NCBI GenBank assembly: GCA_965243545.1
Contig: OZ251573.1
Location: forward strand, 2,539 to 66,538
Direction: 5' to 3'
Origin: Spirochaetia bacterium
GTDB lineage: Bacteria; Spirochaetota; Spirochaetia; SZUA-6; Bin103
Length of the DNA stretch: 64,000 bases
The position numbers and the translations under genes were made by a program. Within the stretch, counting starts at the first letter, position 1. Each line of letters starts with the position of its first letter. A model generated the notes under the pieces. That model was not told the origin of the DNA. It searched no databases and saw only the letters and a list, made by a program, of their open reading frames with translations. Positions 30,811-40,261 of the stretch are shown here, one piece after another.

Positions 30811-31239
30811 GTGAAACCTCACTACCCCCCCCCCCCCCCCCCCCCCGCCCGGCGAGTCAGGAAGCTATTTCTTAGCTTAGCGGTCGTTGTCGCCATATCG
30901 ATGACCGTTGGCTGCGCGTCGTTGCTGAACGACACAAATCCTCCGGTGTCGATAACGTCGAACCCAACGAACGCCGACGTGTACGTTGACGGCCAGCTCA
31001 TGGGACGGACCCCTCTTACTCAGAACATGTCCGTCAAGCATCAGCACGCTATCGTGGTACGCAAAGAAGGTTACCGTGACGGCGCTAGACAAATCGGCAC
31101 GCACACCGGCGCGCTTTGGGTGATTCTGGACATTCTCTTGGGATTGGTCCCCATTATTGTTGATGCGGCAACTGGGGATTGGCAGGAGCTTAACCGCGAC
31201 GCTGTTCACGTGGAACTTGAGCAGGAACCGGCCGGTTGA
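30811..31239 (+). CDS. PEGA-domain lipoprotein with N-terminal poly-C tract
   Basis: Lipobox-like MTVG-C, ITSNPTNADVYVDG..GRTP, KEGY, VDAATG. Confidence 0.85.
   Translation: MKPHYPPPPPPPARRVRKLFLSLAVVVAISMTVGCASLLNDTNPPVSITSNPTNADVYVDGQLMGRTPLTQNMSVKHQHAIVVRKEGYRDGARQIGTHTGALWVILDILLGLVPIIVDAATGDWQELNRDAVHVELEQEPAG
30825..30846. repeat. C22 homopolymer (candidate contingency locus)
   Basis: 22 consecutive C in codons 5-12, currently in frame. Confidence 0.9.
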
Positions 31240-31589
31240 GTTGAGCCGCCGAAGTGGCGCGGCCGTCCGAAGGCCGCGCTACCTGCCCTGGGACGCGCCG
31301 GCATCTTCTCCGGCGTGCGCCGTTGGGCGCCGCCGCGGCGACGGGGCCGTCGACATGCACGGCTCCTTCGCCGGCGAAGCCCCGCATTCCGCGTGCGATG
31401 CCGGCCGCCTGCCTGCTGAAGCGGCGACGGCGCCGCGCCGGTCCGCTTCTTCGGCGCCAAGTCGGTTCGGCGTCCGCCGGCCGATGTGCGGCGCCGCCCG
31501 CGCGCCGGCCGGGCAGGTCGTCGCGGTCGACGGCTTCGCTCACAAGCCCCCCCCCACGATCTGACGGATCGCCATGTGCGGATCGACGC

Positions 31590-31925
31590 TCATCGTCGCT
31601 CGAGCCCCTCGGCAAGGAGCACGGTAGCGAGGTGATTGAGACTCACTCCTTCGGTCTCGGCGCGTTTGGCAAGCCTCATGTGCAGGCTCTTCGGAATGCG
31701 CTGGACGAACTGGCCGCTGTAGGTCCTCGGCGCCGGCGCCGTTCCCTTGTCTTCCAGCTCGGCCGCCATCCACGCGCGCCACGCGTCTCGCGCCTCTGCA
31801 ATCGCTTCCTCGACGGTACGGCCATCGGCGATACAACCGGGAAGGTCGGGAATGGCGACCAGATAGCCGCCGCCGTCATCCTCGGGTAGCGGGCTGACCA
31901 TGAGGGCATAGTCTTCAAATCTCAT
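31590..31925 (-). CDS. hicB: HicB family antitoxin
   Basis: GGGYLVAIPDLPGCIADGRTVEEA, YSGQFVQRIPKSLH..EGVSLN. Confidence 0.92.
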   Translation of the reverse strand: MRFEDYALMVSPLPEDDGGGYLVAIPDLPGCIADGRTVEEAIAEARDAWRAWMAAELEDKGTAPAPRTYSGQFVQRIPKSLHMRLAKRAETEGVSLNHLATVLLAEGLERR

Positions 31926-32100
31926 TGTGCGGCCTCCTCAATCAGGGCTACCAGCCGTCGGATATAGACCGGCTTGATCGGTTTGTGCATGGGAACCGTC
32001 AGATGACGACCATACGAGTTGGTGATGACGGCGTGGCTCGTCCCCCGTTGACGCAACGTCAGGCGATGAACGCGCGCCAGCGACCTTACATCGTCCGAGC
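31922..32100 (-). pseudogene. hicA: 5'-truncated HicA toxin
   Basis: DDVRSLAR..RGTSHAVI..LTVPMHKPIKPVYIRRLVALIE; ATGA overlap with hicB; in-frame TAA upstream and no full-length start. Confidence 0.8.
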
Positions 32101-32152
32101 GCTGGCGATCGGCCGCCGTTCCGGGTTACCGTTCGGGCGGCGAGGTGCATGG

Positions 32153-32386
32153 ATGTTTCAACTGATCAAGACCTTGGGCGCCGGGGAGCTGCTGGCGCGG
32201 CAGCTCCCGGTGGCGGGCGTGGCCTTTCTGACCGCCGAGCTGTTCTACCAGTTCGGCAGCTTCGCGTTGGAGTGCGTGGCGTTCCTGGCGACCTGGTTCG
32301 TGCTGGACGCGGTCGTGCAGGGCGCGGTGCGAATCGTGCAGGGCGTGATGCGGCAGTTCGCGCCGGCCGCCCAGCGTCCCGACTGA
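32153..32386 (+). CDS. Small membrane hypothetical protein
   Basis: AELFYQFGSFALECVAFLATW motif; SD GAGG upstream. Confidence 0.7.
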   Translation: MFQLIKTLGAGELLARQLPVAGVAFLTAELFYQFGSFALECVAFLATWFVLDAVVQGAVRIVQGVMRQFAPAAQRPD

Positions 32387-32405
32387 CCGGAACCTCGGCC
32401 GCCGC

Positions 32406-33167
32406 TCACGAAAGCCCGCAGGCCGCCCGCAGGAACCCCGGCAGCGCCGCAAGCGCCTCCGGCGGTATGGTGTGGCCGCCCATGAACGGACGGAAGTCGA
32501 CCGCCATGCCGGCGGCCGTCAGCGTGTCGCGCACCGCCTCCGCGCCGTCGAACGGCAGGACCGGATCGAGGCGCCCGTGCGTCTGCAACACCGGCTGGCC
32601 GGCCAGCGTCTCGGCCTGCCGCCGCCATCTGGCCAAGTGCAGCGGCGCGCCCGACAGCAGGCACAGCCCCGCCCAGGACACGCCGGAGCGGAACGCGCAG
32701 TCGGCGGCCACCATCGCCCCTTGCGAGAACCCGCCCAACACCACGCGGCTCGTCTCCAGGCGGAGCCGTTCGGCGCAGGCGGCGACCGCCGCGCCGAGCG
32801 CGGCGGCGGCCTGCCCGGAACCGGCCGGCTCCCGGCGCGCCAACTCCTCCGCATTGAGCGGCGCGCCGGGCTGCAGCCGCGACAGGTCGAGCGGCCACCA
32901 CGCGCGGCCGCCCGGCATCCCTTCGGCGGCCAGCGACAGCGGCGCCTCGGGAAAGAACAGCGCCAGCGCCCCGGTCCCTGCGGCATCCCGGGCGTCAGCG
33001 TCGGGGACGCCGGCGCCCAGGAGTTCCGCGCCGAGCGGGACCAGATCGTCGCCGGGCGCACCGAATCCGTGGCACAAGACGGCCAAGCCGGCGGCGCGGC
33101 CGGCCGGCGGCGCCAGCAGCAGACCGTTCAGGCCGCCCAGCGACACGCGGCGCGGAACGTGGAGCAT
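32406..33167 (-). CDS. Phospholipase/carboxylesterase (alpha/beta hydrolase)
   Basis: CHGFGAPG, RAWW, GGFSQGA, HGRLDPVLP, GGHTI. Confidence 0.9.
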   Translation of the reverse strand: MLHVPRRVSLGGLNGLLLAPPAGRAAGLAVLCHGFGAPGDDLVPLGAELLGAGVPDADARDAAGTGALALFFPEAPLSLAAEGMPGGRAWWPLDLSRLQPGAPLNAEELARREPAGSGQAAAALGAAVAACAERLRLETSRVVLGGFSQGAMVAADCAFRSGVSWAGLCLLSGAPLHLARWRRQAETLAGQPVLQTHGRLDPVLPFDGAEAVRDTLTAAGMAVDFRPFMGGHTIPPEALAALPGFLRAACGLS

Positions 33168-33173
33168 CGGCCG

Positions 33174-34436
33174 ATGGTAGCGCGAACGCTGCAGGAGATG
33201 CGCGCGTGCGGGATCGACGTGCTGGTCGGCGCGTCGCCGGCCTCGGTGGCCGACCTGGCCGATTACCGCAACTGGCTGGACCCGCTGTTCCGGGAGCACA
33301 TGATGCGGCCGGGCGGATCGGCGGCGCTGCAACAGGCGCTGGTCGTCCTCACCGCCGACGGGGAGGTGATCCTGCTGGCGCCGGCCGCGATGGCGGCCAA
33401 CGCCGCCGGCGCGACCGCCGACCGGATCGCCGTGTGGGGCGCCGCCCCGGAGTCGCCCGGCGGACAGCCCGGCAGCCTGCCGGGCTATCCGCCGGGCGAC
33501 CCTCCGGACAGCCGGTCGGCGGGCTTCCGGGCGGTGGCGGAAGCGTTCGCCCGCCCCCGGCGCGCGACGCGGGACGAAGCGCTGGCCGCCTTGCTCGACG
33601 ACGCCGGCGCCGCCGCGCGCGTCGGCGTGGAGCGGGAGGCGCTGCCGGCCAGCGCCTGCGAGCGGATCGCCGGCAGGCGCCGGATCGGCGACTGCACCAA
33701 CCTGCTCCGCTTGGCCCGCATGACCAAGTCGGAGGCGCAGATCGCCCTGCTGGAGCGCGCCGCCGCCGCCGCCGAATACGCCGCCGCCGAGACCCTGGCG
33801 GTGGCGTGCGCGGGGTCGAGCTGGCGGGAGCTTTCCGACCTGTACCGGTTGCGGCTGGCCGAGCACGGCGCCGACCTCGACCACTTCGCCGGCAGCCCGA
33901 CCGGCTACGGCCTTGCCACCGACGCCGACTTCCGCCTGCCGGAGCGCGGCTGCATGGCCTTCGACCACGGCTGCCGGCTGCGCTCCTGGTTCTCCGACAC
34001 CGGCCACACCATCGCCATCGGTCCGCCCGACCGCGAGTGCCGGGCGCGGCAGGCGGCGGCGCGGGACGCGCTGCTGGCCGGCGCGGAGCAGCTGGCGCCG
34101 GGCCGGCCGGCGTCCGCGGCCGCGACCGCGATGCGCGCGGCGCTGACGGCGGCCGGCCTCACCGGCTCCCCGCACGGCCACGGCATCGGCCTGGAGGTGC
34201 GCGACTACCCGATCCTGGTCCCCGACACCGGGCTGCGTATCGAAGACGACTTCATAAGCCGGCCGGCCGACCTGCCGCTGGAGGCCGGCATGGTGATCAA
34301 CCTGGAGGCGCCGGTCTGGGCGGCCGGCGCTGCCTCCGTGCACGTCGAACGCTCCTTCGTGATCGAGTCCGGCGGCTGCCGGCCGCTCACCGATCAGCCG
34401 CGCGACGAGCCGTTGTCGATCTCCGCGGGGACGTAG
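33174..34436 (+). CDS. M24 family peptidase-like protein (start uncertain)
   Basis: RMTKSEAQI, FDHG..WFSDTG, HGHGIGLE, NLEAP, HVE. Confidence 0.82.
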   Translation: MVARTLQEMRACGIDVLVGASPASVADLADYRNWLDPLFREHMMRPGGSAALQQALVVLTADGEVILLAPAAMAANAAGATADRIAVWGAAPESPGGQPGSLPGYPPGDPPDSRSAGFRAVAEAFARPRRATRDEALAALLDDAGAAARVGVEREALPASACERIAGRRRIGDCTNLLRLARMTKSEAQIALLERAAAAAEYAAAETLAVACAGSSWRELSDLYRLRLAEHGADLDHFAGSPTGYGLATDADFRLPERGCMAFDHGCRLRSWFSDTGHTIAIGPPDRECRARQAAARDALLAGAEQLAPGRPASAAATAMRAALTAAGLTGSPHGHGIGLEVRDYPILVPDTGLRIEDDFISRPADLPLEAGMVINLEAPVWAAGAASVHVERSFVIESGGCRPLTDQPRDEPLSISAGT

Positions 34437-34441
34437 GACCG

Positions 34442-35476
34442 GTGCGGGCGCCCGCGGCGGCGCAGACGCTCTGGTCGATCGTGCTGGCCGGCGGCCGGGG
34501 CACGCGGCTGGCCGCGGCGCGCAAGCGGCTCGACCGCAGCACGCACCCGCATCTGCCGGCCGGCGCGTGGGGAACGGCCGGCCCCAAGGCGCTGGCGCCG
34601 ATGCGCGCCGGCGGTGACGCCAGCGCCGGCGGACCGGTGAAGCCGATGATCGAATGGCACCTCGACGTCCACGCGGCGTGCGGCCGCGTGGAGCGGATCG
34701 TGCTGGCCGCCGGGGCGGGCGGCGACCTGCTGCAACACCACCTGCGCGCCGCCCACGGCGGGCGCTACCGCGGCGTACCGGTGGAGGTGCTGATCGAGGC
34801 GCGCCCGGCCGGCACCATCGCCCCGATCGTGAAGCTGCAGGCCGCCGGCCGGCTGCCGGCGCGCCCGGTCGTCTACGCCAACGGGGACAACCTGCTCGAC
34901 GCCGACCTGTACGACTGCTACCGGCAGGGCCTGCGGCGCGCCGCTACGTGCGGCATCGACGTCCGGGAGTGCGTGATCGCCGTGGCCGCGCTGGTTCCCT
35001 GGGAGGAGTCGAGCGACTACGGCGCCCTGGACCTCGACAAAGCGGGCGTCCTGGTGCGCGGATTCCGGGAGAAGGCACCAAAGGAGCGCAATCCGTTCGT
35101 GCGGCGGGCCGGCCGCCGATGGACGCCGATCAGTTCCGGGTTCTCCATCATCCCCAACCCGCGCCGGCTGTTCGCCCGCTACCTGACCGGCGCGATGGTC
35201 CGCGCTTCGCAGGCGCTGGAGCGGGGCGAGCTCGACTACGCCGCGCACGAAGGCGCGGTGAAGTACGAGTCGCTGTACGCGCGGGTCGCCGCCGACGGCC
35301 GCATGGTCGCCGTGCCGGCCAGCGGCTACTGGACCGACCTGGGGACCGAGGACAAGGTCCGCGCCGCCGAACGGCGGCTGCCGAGGTTGGGGTTCACGTC
35401 GCGAGTAGCGGCCGTCCAAGGTCGTGGCCGCGTCAAGTCGCGGGCCCAACCTCCCGAATCTATAAGGGGTAGATGA
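34442..35476 (+). CDS. Sugar-phosphate nucleotidyltransferase family protein
   Basis: IVLAGGRGTRL, PKAL, ANGDN, YWTDLGT. Confidence 0.82.
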   Translation: MRAPAAAQTLWSIVLAGGRGTRLAAARKRLDRSTHPHLPAGAWGTAGPKALAPMRAGGDASAGGPVKPMIEWHLDVHAACGRVERIVLAAGAGGDLLQHHLRAAHGGRYRGVPVEVLIEARPAGTIAPIVKLQAAGRLPARPVVYANGDNLLDADLYDCYRQGLRRAATCGIDVRECVIAVAALVPWEESSDYGALDLDKAGVLVRGFREKAPKERNPFVRRAGRRWTPISSGFSIIPNPRRLFARYLTGAMVRASQALERGELDYAAHEGAVKYESLYARVAADGRMVAVPASGYWTDLGTEDKVRAAERRLPRLGFTSRVAAVQGRGRVKSRAQPPESIRGR

Positions 35477-36756
35477 GCGATCCACAGGAGCCGCCGCCAG
35501 CCGAGGCAGGCGCGGAGGCGGTCCGGGACGACGCCTTCACGATCCTGGACCTGATCGTGATCCTCGTCCGCCGGCGGCGCATCATCGCCTTCACCACCGG
35601 CGCCGCGGCGGCGGTCCTGCTCGCCTACAACCTGGCGGCCATGACGCTGCCCCCGGAATCCCCGCTCAACCGGCTGCCCGACCGGTATACGGCCAGCGTC
35701 ATCGTCAGCATCACCGACGACGCTCCGAATTACGGATCGGCCGCCGCCAGCCTGCTGAGCCAGATTCCGGCGGGCGGCGGCCTTGCCGATTTTGCCGGGC
35801 TGCTGACGACGGAGGCGAGCACGGACGCCAACCGCGCCCAGGAGATGCTGTTCGGCCGGTCGATCCTGGACGCGCTCGCCCGGCAGCAGAGGCTGGTCAC
35901 CGACGCGTCCGGCGGCGACGACGTCTTGGCCGCGCGGCAGCGGCTGCGGGACGACCTGTCGACCGATTACCGCGCCGACTCCGGCCTGCTGGAAATCACC
36001 TTCGACCACTTCTATCCCGAAATGGCGGCTTCCGGCCTGAGATTCGCCGAGCAGCTGCTTCGCGAAAAGGTGCATGATTTGACGATCGATCGCGTGCGCC
36101 TGCGCAAGGAGTTCCTGGAGGAGCGGATGGCGGCCGTGGAAGTGGACCGCGCGGACGCGCAGGAAGCGCTGATCGCGTTCCAGACCGAGTACGGGGTGGT
36201 CAACCCCGCCGCCCAATCGGAGTCCACGATCCAGCGGCTCACGGCGCTCAAGACCGACCTGTACCGCAAGGACGCGGAGCTCCACTCGCAGATCGAGATG
36301 CTGGGCGCCAACAACGCCGGAGTGCGGCGGCTGCGGAGCGAGGTCGACACCCTGCGCACGCTGATCAGGGAGATCGAACGCGGCCCGTTCACGGAGTTCC
36401 GGGGCTCGGACCCGCCGCTCAACGACATGCCGGCGTTGAGCGCCCGCTATCTGGAGCTGGCGACGGAGGTGGGCGTCCACGACACCATCCACTCCTTCCT
36501 CCGCTCACAATACGAAAGCGTACGAATAGAGGAGAGCGCCAAGGAGGCGTCCTTTCAGACCGTGGAGGAGGTGGAGACGCCGCGCCGCAAGAGCGGGCCG
36601 CGCCGCGCCATGATCTGCATTATCGGCACGCTGGCCGCCGGCATGGCGTCGGTGCTGGCCGCGTTCACCCTGGAATACTTCAAGCGCGCCGCGGCCAACC
36701 CGGCCCAGCGGCGCCAGCTCGACGCCATCCGCGCCGAGATCGGACTGAAACGATGA
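35473..36756 (+). CDS. Polysaccharide chain-length determinant (Wzz/GumC-like, no kinase domain)
   Basis: N- and C-terminal TM helices, long coiled coil, PRRKSGPRR. Confidence 0.85.
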   Translation: MSDPQEPPPAEAGAEAVRDDAFTILDLIVILVRRRRIIAFTTGAAAAVLLAYNLAAMTLPPESPLNRLPDRYTASVIVSITDDAPNYGSAAASLLSQIPAGGGLADFAGLLTTEASTDANRAQEMLFGRSILDALARQQRLVTDASGGDDVLAARQRLRDDLSTDYRADSGLLEITFDHFYPEMAASGLRFAEQLLREKVHDLTIDRVRLRKEFLEERMAAVEVDRADAQEALIAFQTEYGVVNPAAQSESTIQRLTALKTDLYRKDAELHSQIEMLGANNAGVRRLRSEVDTLRTLIREIERGPFTEFRGSDPPLNDMPALSARYLELATEVGVHDTIHSFLRSQYESVRIEESAKEASFQTVEEVETPRRKSGPRRAMICIIGTLAAGMASVLAAFTLEYFKRAAANPAQRRQLDAIRAEIGLKR

Positions 36757-38918
36757 CCCGAACACCGGCTCGACTCCTCCTTCCGGCGCTGCGCGCGGCG
36801 GCGCTGTGGATGGCGCTGCTGACGGCGGCGCAACCGGCCGCGGCGCAGCTGCCGGCAACGGCCGATGAGAGCGCCGGCCGCCCGGCCGGCGGCGGGAACG
36901 CCGTCGCGTTCGGCCAGCGCATCCCGGAACCGGCGGCGCTGTCGGAAGCCGAGCTGCTGGCAACGCTGCTCAGCTCGCAGCGCTACTTGGTCACGCCGGG
37001 CGACCGCTACCGGCTGACGCTGGCGCTCGATCAGACCGCGCAGTTCGTCCTGACTGTCCAGGATGACGGTGACCTGCAGGTGCCGTACCTGGGCACGGTG
37101 GAGACCGCCGGCCGGGAGTATTCGCGGATGCGGAGCTCCATCCTGGAATCCCTGAGCAACATCCCCGCCGACTACGTGGAGTTCGAGCTGATCTCCCCGG
37201 CGCGGTTCGAGGTGTTCGTGGGCGGCGCGGTCCGCTCGCCGGGCGCCATGATCGTGCACGCCATCAACCGCGTGCACGACGCCGTGCGGCTGGCCGGCGG
37301 GTTCGACGACCACGGCAGCCGCCGGCGGATCGAGCTGGCGCGCGCCGGCGAAGCGCCGCGCCGTATCGATCTGGCCCGCTACTTCGAGGTCGGCGGTGAC
37401 GACTTCAACCCGCTGCTGCGGCCAGGCGACCGGGTGTTCGTGCCGGTCGCGGAGACCACGGTCACCATAGCCGGCAGCGTCCGCTACCCGGGGTCCTACC
37501 AGCTGCTGCCGGCCGAGGGGCTGGCCGAGCTGATCGCCTGGGCCGGCGGGTTCCTGCCGGACGCCGACCCCAACCACATCGACATCAGCGGTTATCCGCA
37601 GCCCGGTTCGTTCAGCCGCACGACGGTGGCGTTCGAGGACGCCGGCCGCACGCCGTTGCGCCACCACGACGCGATCGTGGTCGCCTCCACCAACCGGCAC
37701 GTCGATCCCGTGATTCTGTCGGGAGCGTTCTACGGCGCTTCGCACGGCGGGCCGGGCGGCGGCGGCACGATCACGATCCCCACGACGCCGGTCGAGGCGA
37801 CGATCTCCTATTCGGCCGGACTGTCGCTACGGCAGGCGATGGCGGCGCTCGGCGGCCCCACGCCGTACGCGGCGGCGGACGCCGGCTTCATCATCCGCGC
37901 CGACGGGGAGCGCGTGCCGTTCGACGCGGCCGGCGTCTGGGACGGCTCCCGGCCCGATCTGCCGTTGCGCGCCGACGACCGGGTGGTGGCGCCGATCGCC
38001 CGCGTCACGGTCGCCATCTCCGGGGCGGTCGCGCTGCCGGGCGAATACGAGCTGCTGCGCGGTGCGACGGTGGCGGACCTGGTGAATCAGGCCGGCGGGC
38101 CGACGCCGTACGCCAACCGCCGCCGCGTCATGGTGCGCCAACCCGACCCAAACGGGGAGTACGCGTCGATGGCGGTGACGTTGGAGGAAGCGGCGATGGT
38201 GAAGCTCGCCGACGCGGCTGTGGTGCGCGTGTTGTCGAGCTACGGGTCGGGCTGGGCGGTCGTGGTGGAAGGCGCCGTGTACGGCCGGCCGATCGACGGC
38301 GACGGCGCGATCGCGCTGCCGACCGCGTTGCCGCCCGGCGCGCAGGAGGCGACCGCGGTCATGCCGGCGCCGGCGCCGGTGCGGACGGTCCTGCCGTTCT
38401 TCGCCGGCATGACCGCCTACGACGCGCTCTACGCCGTCGGCGGCCCCACCCCGTTCGCGCGCGCGGAAGACGGCTATCTGGTGCGCGCCGGCGAACGGAT
38501 CGCGCTCGACGCCGCGGCGCTCTGGAACGGAGACGGGCTGAGCGGCGACCGGGAGCTGCAACCCCGCGACCAGCTGGTGATCCCGGCGGCCGACGTGTTC
38601 GTCACCGTGTTGGGAGAAGTGAACCGCCCCGGCGTGATCCCGTTCCAGTTCGGGCTGACGGTGAGCGACTACCTGCTGCGGGCCGGCGGCGCCACGAGGG
38701 AGGCCGAACTGGGGCTGGTCCACTTCGTCGACAAGACCGGCCGCAGCCTGAGCATCGCCGCGCTCGACGCCGAGGTGAGCGCCGGCGACATTCTGATCGT
38801 CGAACGGCAAGTGCTGCTGCGCGTGCTCGAAGGTCTGCAGCGCCTCAGCCCCGTGATCGGCCTGTTCAACAACACCGCCACCGCCATCGGCCACGTGAGC
38901 GGCTGGATCAACCCGTAG
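36753..38918 (+). CDS. SLBB-domain polysaccharide export protein (Wza-like)
   Basis: YLVTPGD, GAVRSPG, repeated GGPTP(Y/F)A units, GEVNRPG. Confidence 0.85.
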   Translation: MTRTPARLLLPALRAAALWMALLTAAQPAAAQLPATADESAGRPAGGGNAVAFGQRIPEPAALSEAELLATLLSSQRYLVTPGDRYRLTLALDQTAQFVLTVQDDGDLQVPYLGTVETAGREYSRMRSSILESLSNIPADYVEFELISPARFEVFVGGAVRSPGAMIVHAINRVHDAVRLAGGFDDHGSRRRIELARAGEAPRRIDLARYFEVGGDDFNPLLRPGDRVFVPVAETTVTIAGSVRYPGSYQLLPAEGLAELIAWAGGFLPDADPNHIDISGYPQPGSFSRTTVAFEDAGRTPLRHHDAIVVASTNRHVDPVILSGAFYGASHGGPGGGGTITIPTTPVEATISYSAGLSLRQAMAALGGPTPYAAADAGFIIRADGERVPFDAAGVWDGSRPDLPLRADDRVVAPIARVTVAISGAVALPGEYELLRGATVADLVNQAGGPTPYANRRRVMVRQPDPNGEYASMAVTLEEAAMVKLADAAVVRVLSSYGSGWAVVVEGAVYGRPIDGDGAIALPTALPPGAQEATAVMPAPAPVRTVLPFFAGMTAYDALYAVGGPTPFARAEDGYLVRAGERIALDAAALWNGDGLSGDRELQPRDQLVIPAADVFVTVLGEVNRPGVIPFQFGLTVSDYLLRAGGATREAELGLVHFVDKTGRSLSIAALDAEVSAGDILIVERQVLLRVLEGLQRLSPVIGLFNNTATAIGHVSGWINP

Positions 38919-38937
38919 CCCCGGCGGGACAAGCGGG

Positions 38938-39657
38938 ATGCGCGTCGTACACGAACGCTCATACCGGGGAATCCATCCGTTCAGTTTCTTTCACCGCATT
39001 CGGATGCGGCGGGTCCTGGAGGCCACGCGGTCGCTGGCGTTGCCGCCGGATGGCGCCATCGCCGACTTCGGCTGCTCAAACGGGTTCTTCTTCGCCGAGC
39101 TGGCGCAGGCGTTTCCGGAGGCCCGTTCCCTGCAGCTGTTCGGCTTCGATCACTCGACCGAGCTGCTCGCCGCGGCGCGGTCCCGCAATCTCGACAACGC
39201 GGTGTTCGATTACGTCGACCTCAACGAACCGCCGGGGGGGGGGCGCGAACGGCAGTTCGATCTGGTCACCTGCTTCGAGACCTTGGAGCACGTCGGCAAG
39301 GTCCACAATGCGATAGAGACGTTGATCGCCGCCTGCAAGCCGGGCGGCGCCCTGCTCATCTCGGTGCCGAACGAAGTCGGCCTGCCCGGACTGCTCAAGT
39401 ACGCTGCGCGGAAGCTCCTGCGAAGACGTCCGTACGAGGGCTTCTTCCGTGGGAGCAGCGAAGCGGAGTACGTGTGGCGCCTGCTCACCGGGCGGTCGAT
39501 CACGGCGTTTCGGGACCCGGCCGCAGACGGCTGGGGGCCGCATCTCGGCTTCGACTGGCGCGTGGTGCTCGATCACCTGAACCAGTCGAGTTCATGCCGG
39601 GTCCTGCGCGTCGACAGTCTGATCTTCGGCTATGTCCTCGCAGCCCGCAAGGCGTGA
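38938..39657 (+). CDS. Class I SAM-dependent methyltransferase with internal G10 tract
   Basis: ADFGCSNG, FDLVTCFETLEHV, KPGGALLISVP; G10 at 39234-39243. Confidence 0.88.
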   Translation: MRVVHERSYRGIHPFSFFHRIRMRRVLEATRSLALPPDGAIADFGCSNGFFFAELAQAFPEARSLQLFGFDHSTELLAAARSRNLDNAVFDYVDLNEPPGGGRERQFDLVTCFETLEHVGKVHNAIETLIAACKPGGALLISVPNEVGLPGLLKYAARKLLRRRPYEGFFRGSSEAEYVWRLLTGRSITAFRDPAADGWGPHLGFDWRVVLDHLNQSSSCRVLRVDSLIFGYVLAARKA

Positions 39658-39789
39658 CCGCGCCGGCAGTTCCGGCATCGGCAGCGTCGGGCGCGGGCGT
39701 CACACGATGCGGTCGTAGACGGTCATCAGCAGTGTTGGATCCCACAAATCTCGCCGGTGAAATCCCGGAATAAATCGTCTGGAGAAGCC

Positions 39790-40076
39790 TCGGAGTGGGC
39801 GATGCGGTTGATCTGCCGCCGCTGGCCGCCTCCTTGATGACCTGCCGCACCGACCAGCCCGGATGCTCGGTCTTGAGCGCTATCAGCAACTCGGCCGCCT
39901 GCGGCGGCAGCCGCCGCGGCCGGCCTCGGTCAGCGCGCGGCTTGGGGTACAGCGCATCGAAGCCGCCGTAGCGATAGGCGTGCAGCCAGTCGCGCAACGT
40001 CTCGGCGGCCACGCGGGTGCGCGGGGTGCCGGGAATGTCGTAGGTCTGCGCGGCCTTCGCGCGCAACTGCTCGCCG
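39790..40076 (-). mobile_element. DDE transposase N-terminal fragment fused to an ExeA-like ATPase tail (copy 1)
   Basis: QTYDIPGT..ETLRDWLHAYRYGGFDALYPKPRADRG..HPGWSV followed by an RQINRIAH-coding stretch; 39852-40076 repeats at 41724-41948. Confidence 0.75.
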
Positions 40077-40079
40077 CCC

Positions 40080-40210
40080 CAGTTCGCGGTCATCGCACGC
40101 CTCCAGCAGCTGCCGCGCCAGATCGTGGGCTTTGGCGAACCGGACCCGGAACCGGCGCCTGGCAGCTTCCACGCCGAGCGCGATAGCCAGATGCGACTTG
40201 CCGGTGCTCC
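40080..40210 (-). mobile_element. istB: IS21 IstB helper ATPase fragment
   Basis: TGKSHLAIALGVEAARRRFRVRFAKAHDLARQLLEA. Confidence 0.7.
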
Positions 40211-40261
40211 ATCAGCCGTCCGGCGATCTGTGCGTCAGCGACGCGCCGCACGGGACCGGCG

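Noticed and set aside
31240-31589. Short ORFs and a C9 run between the PEGA gene and hicB
   Set aside because: No credible coding signal or structure; the C9 run is outside any supported gene.
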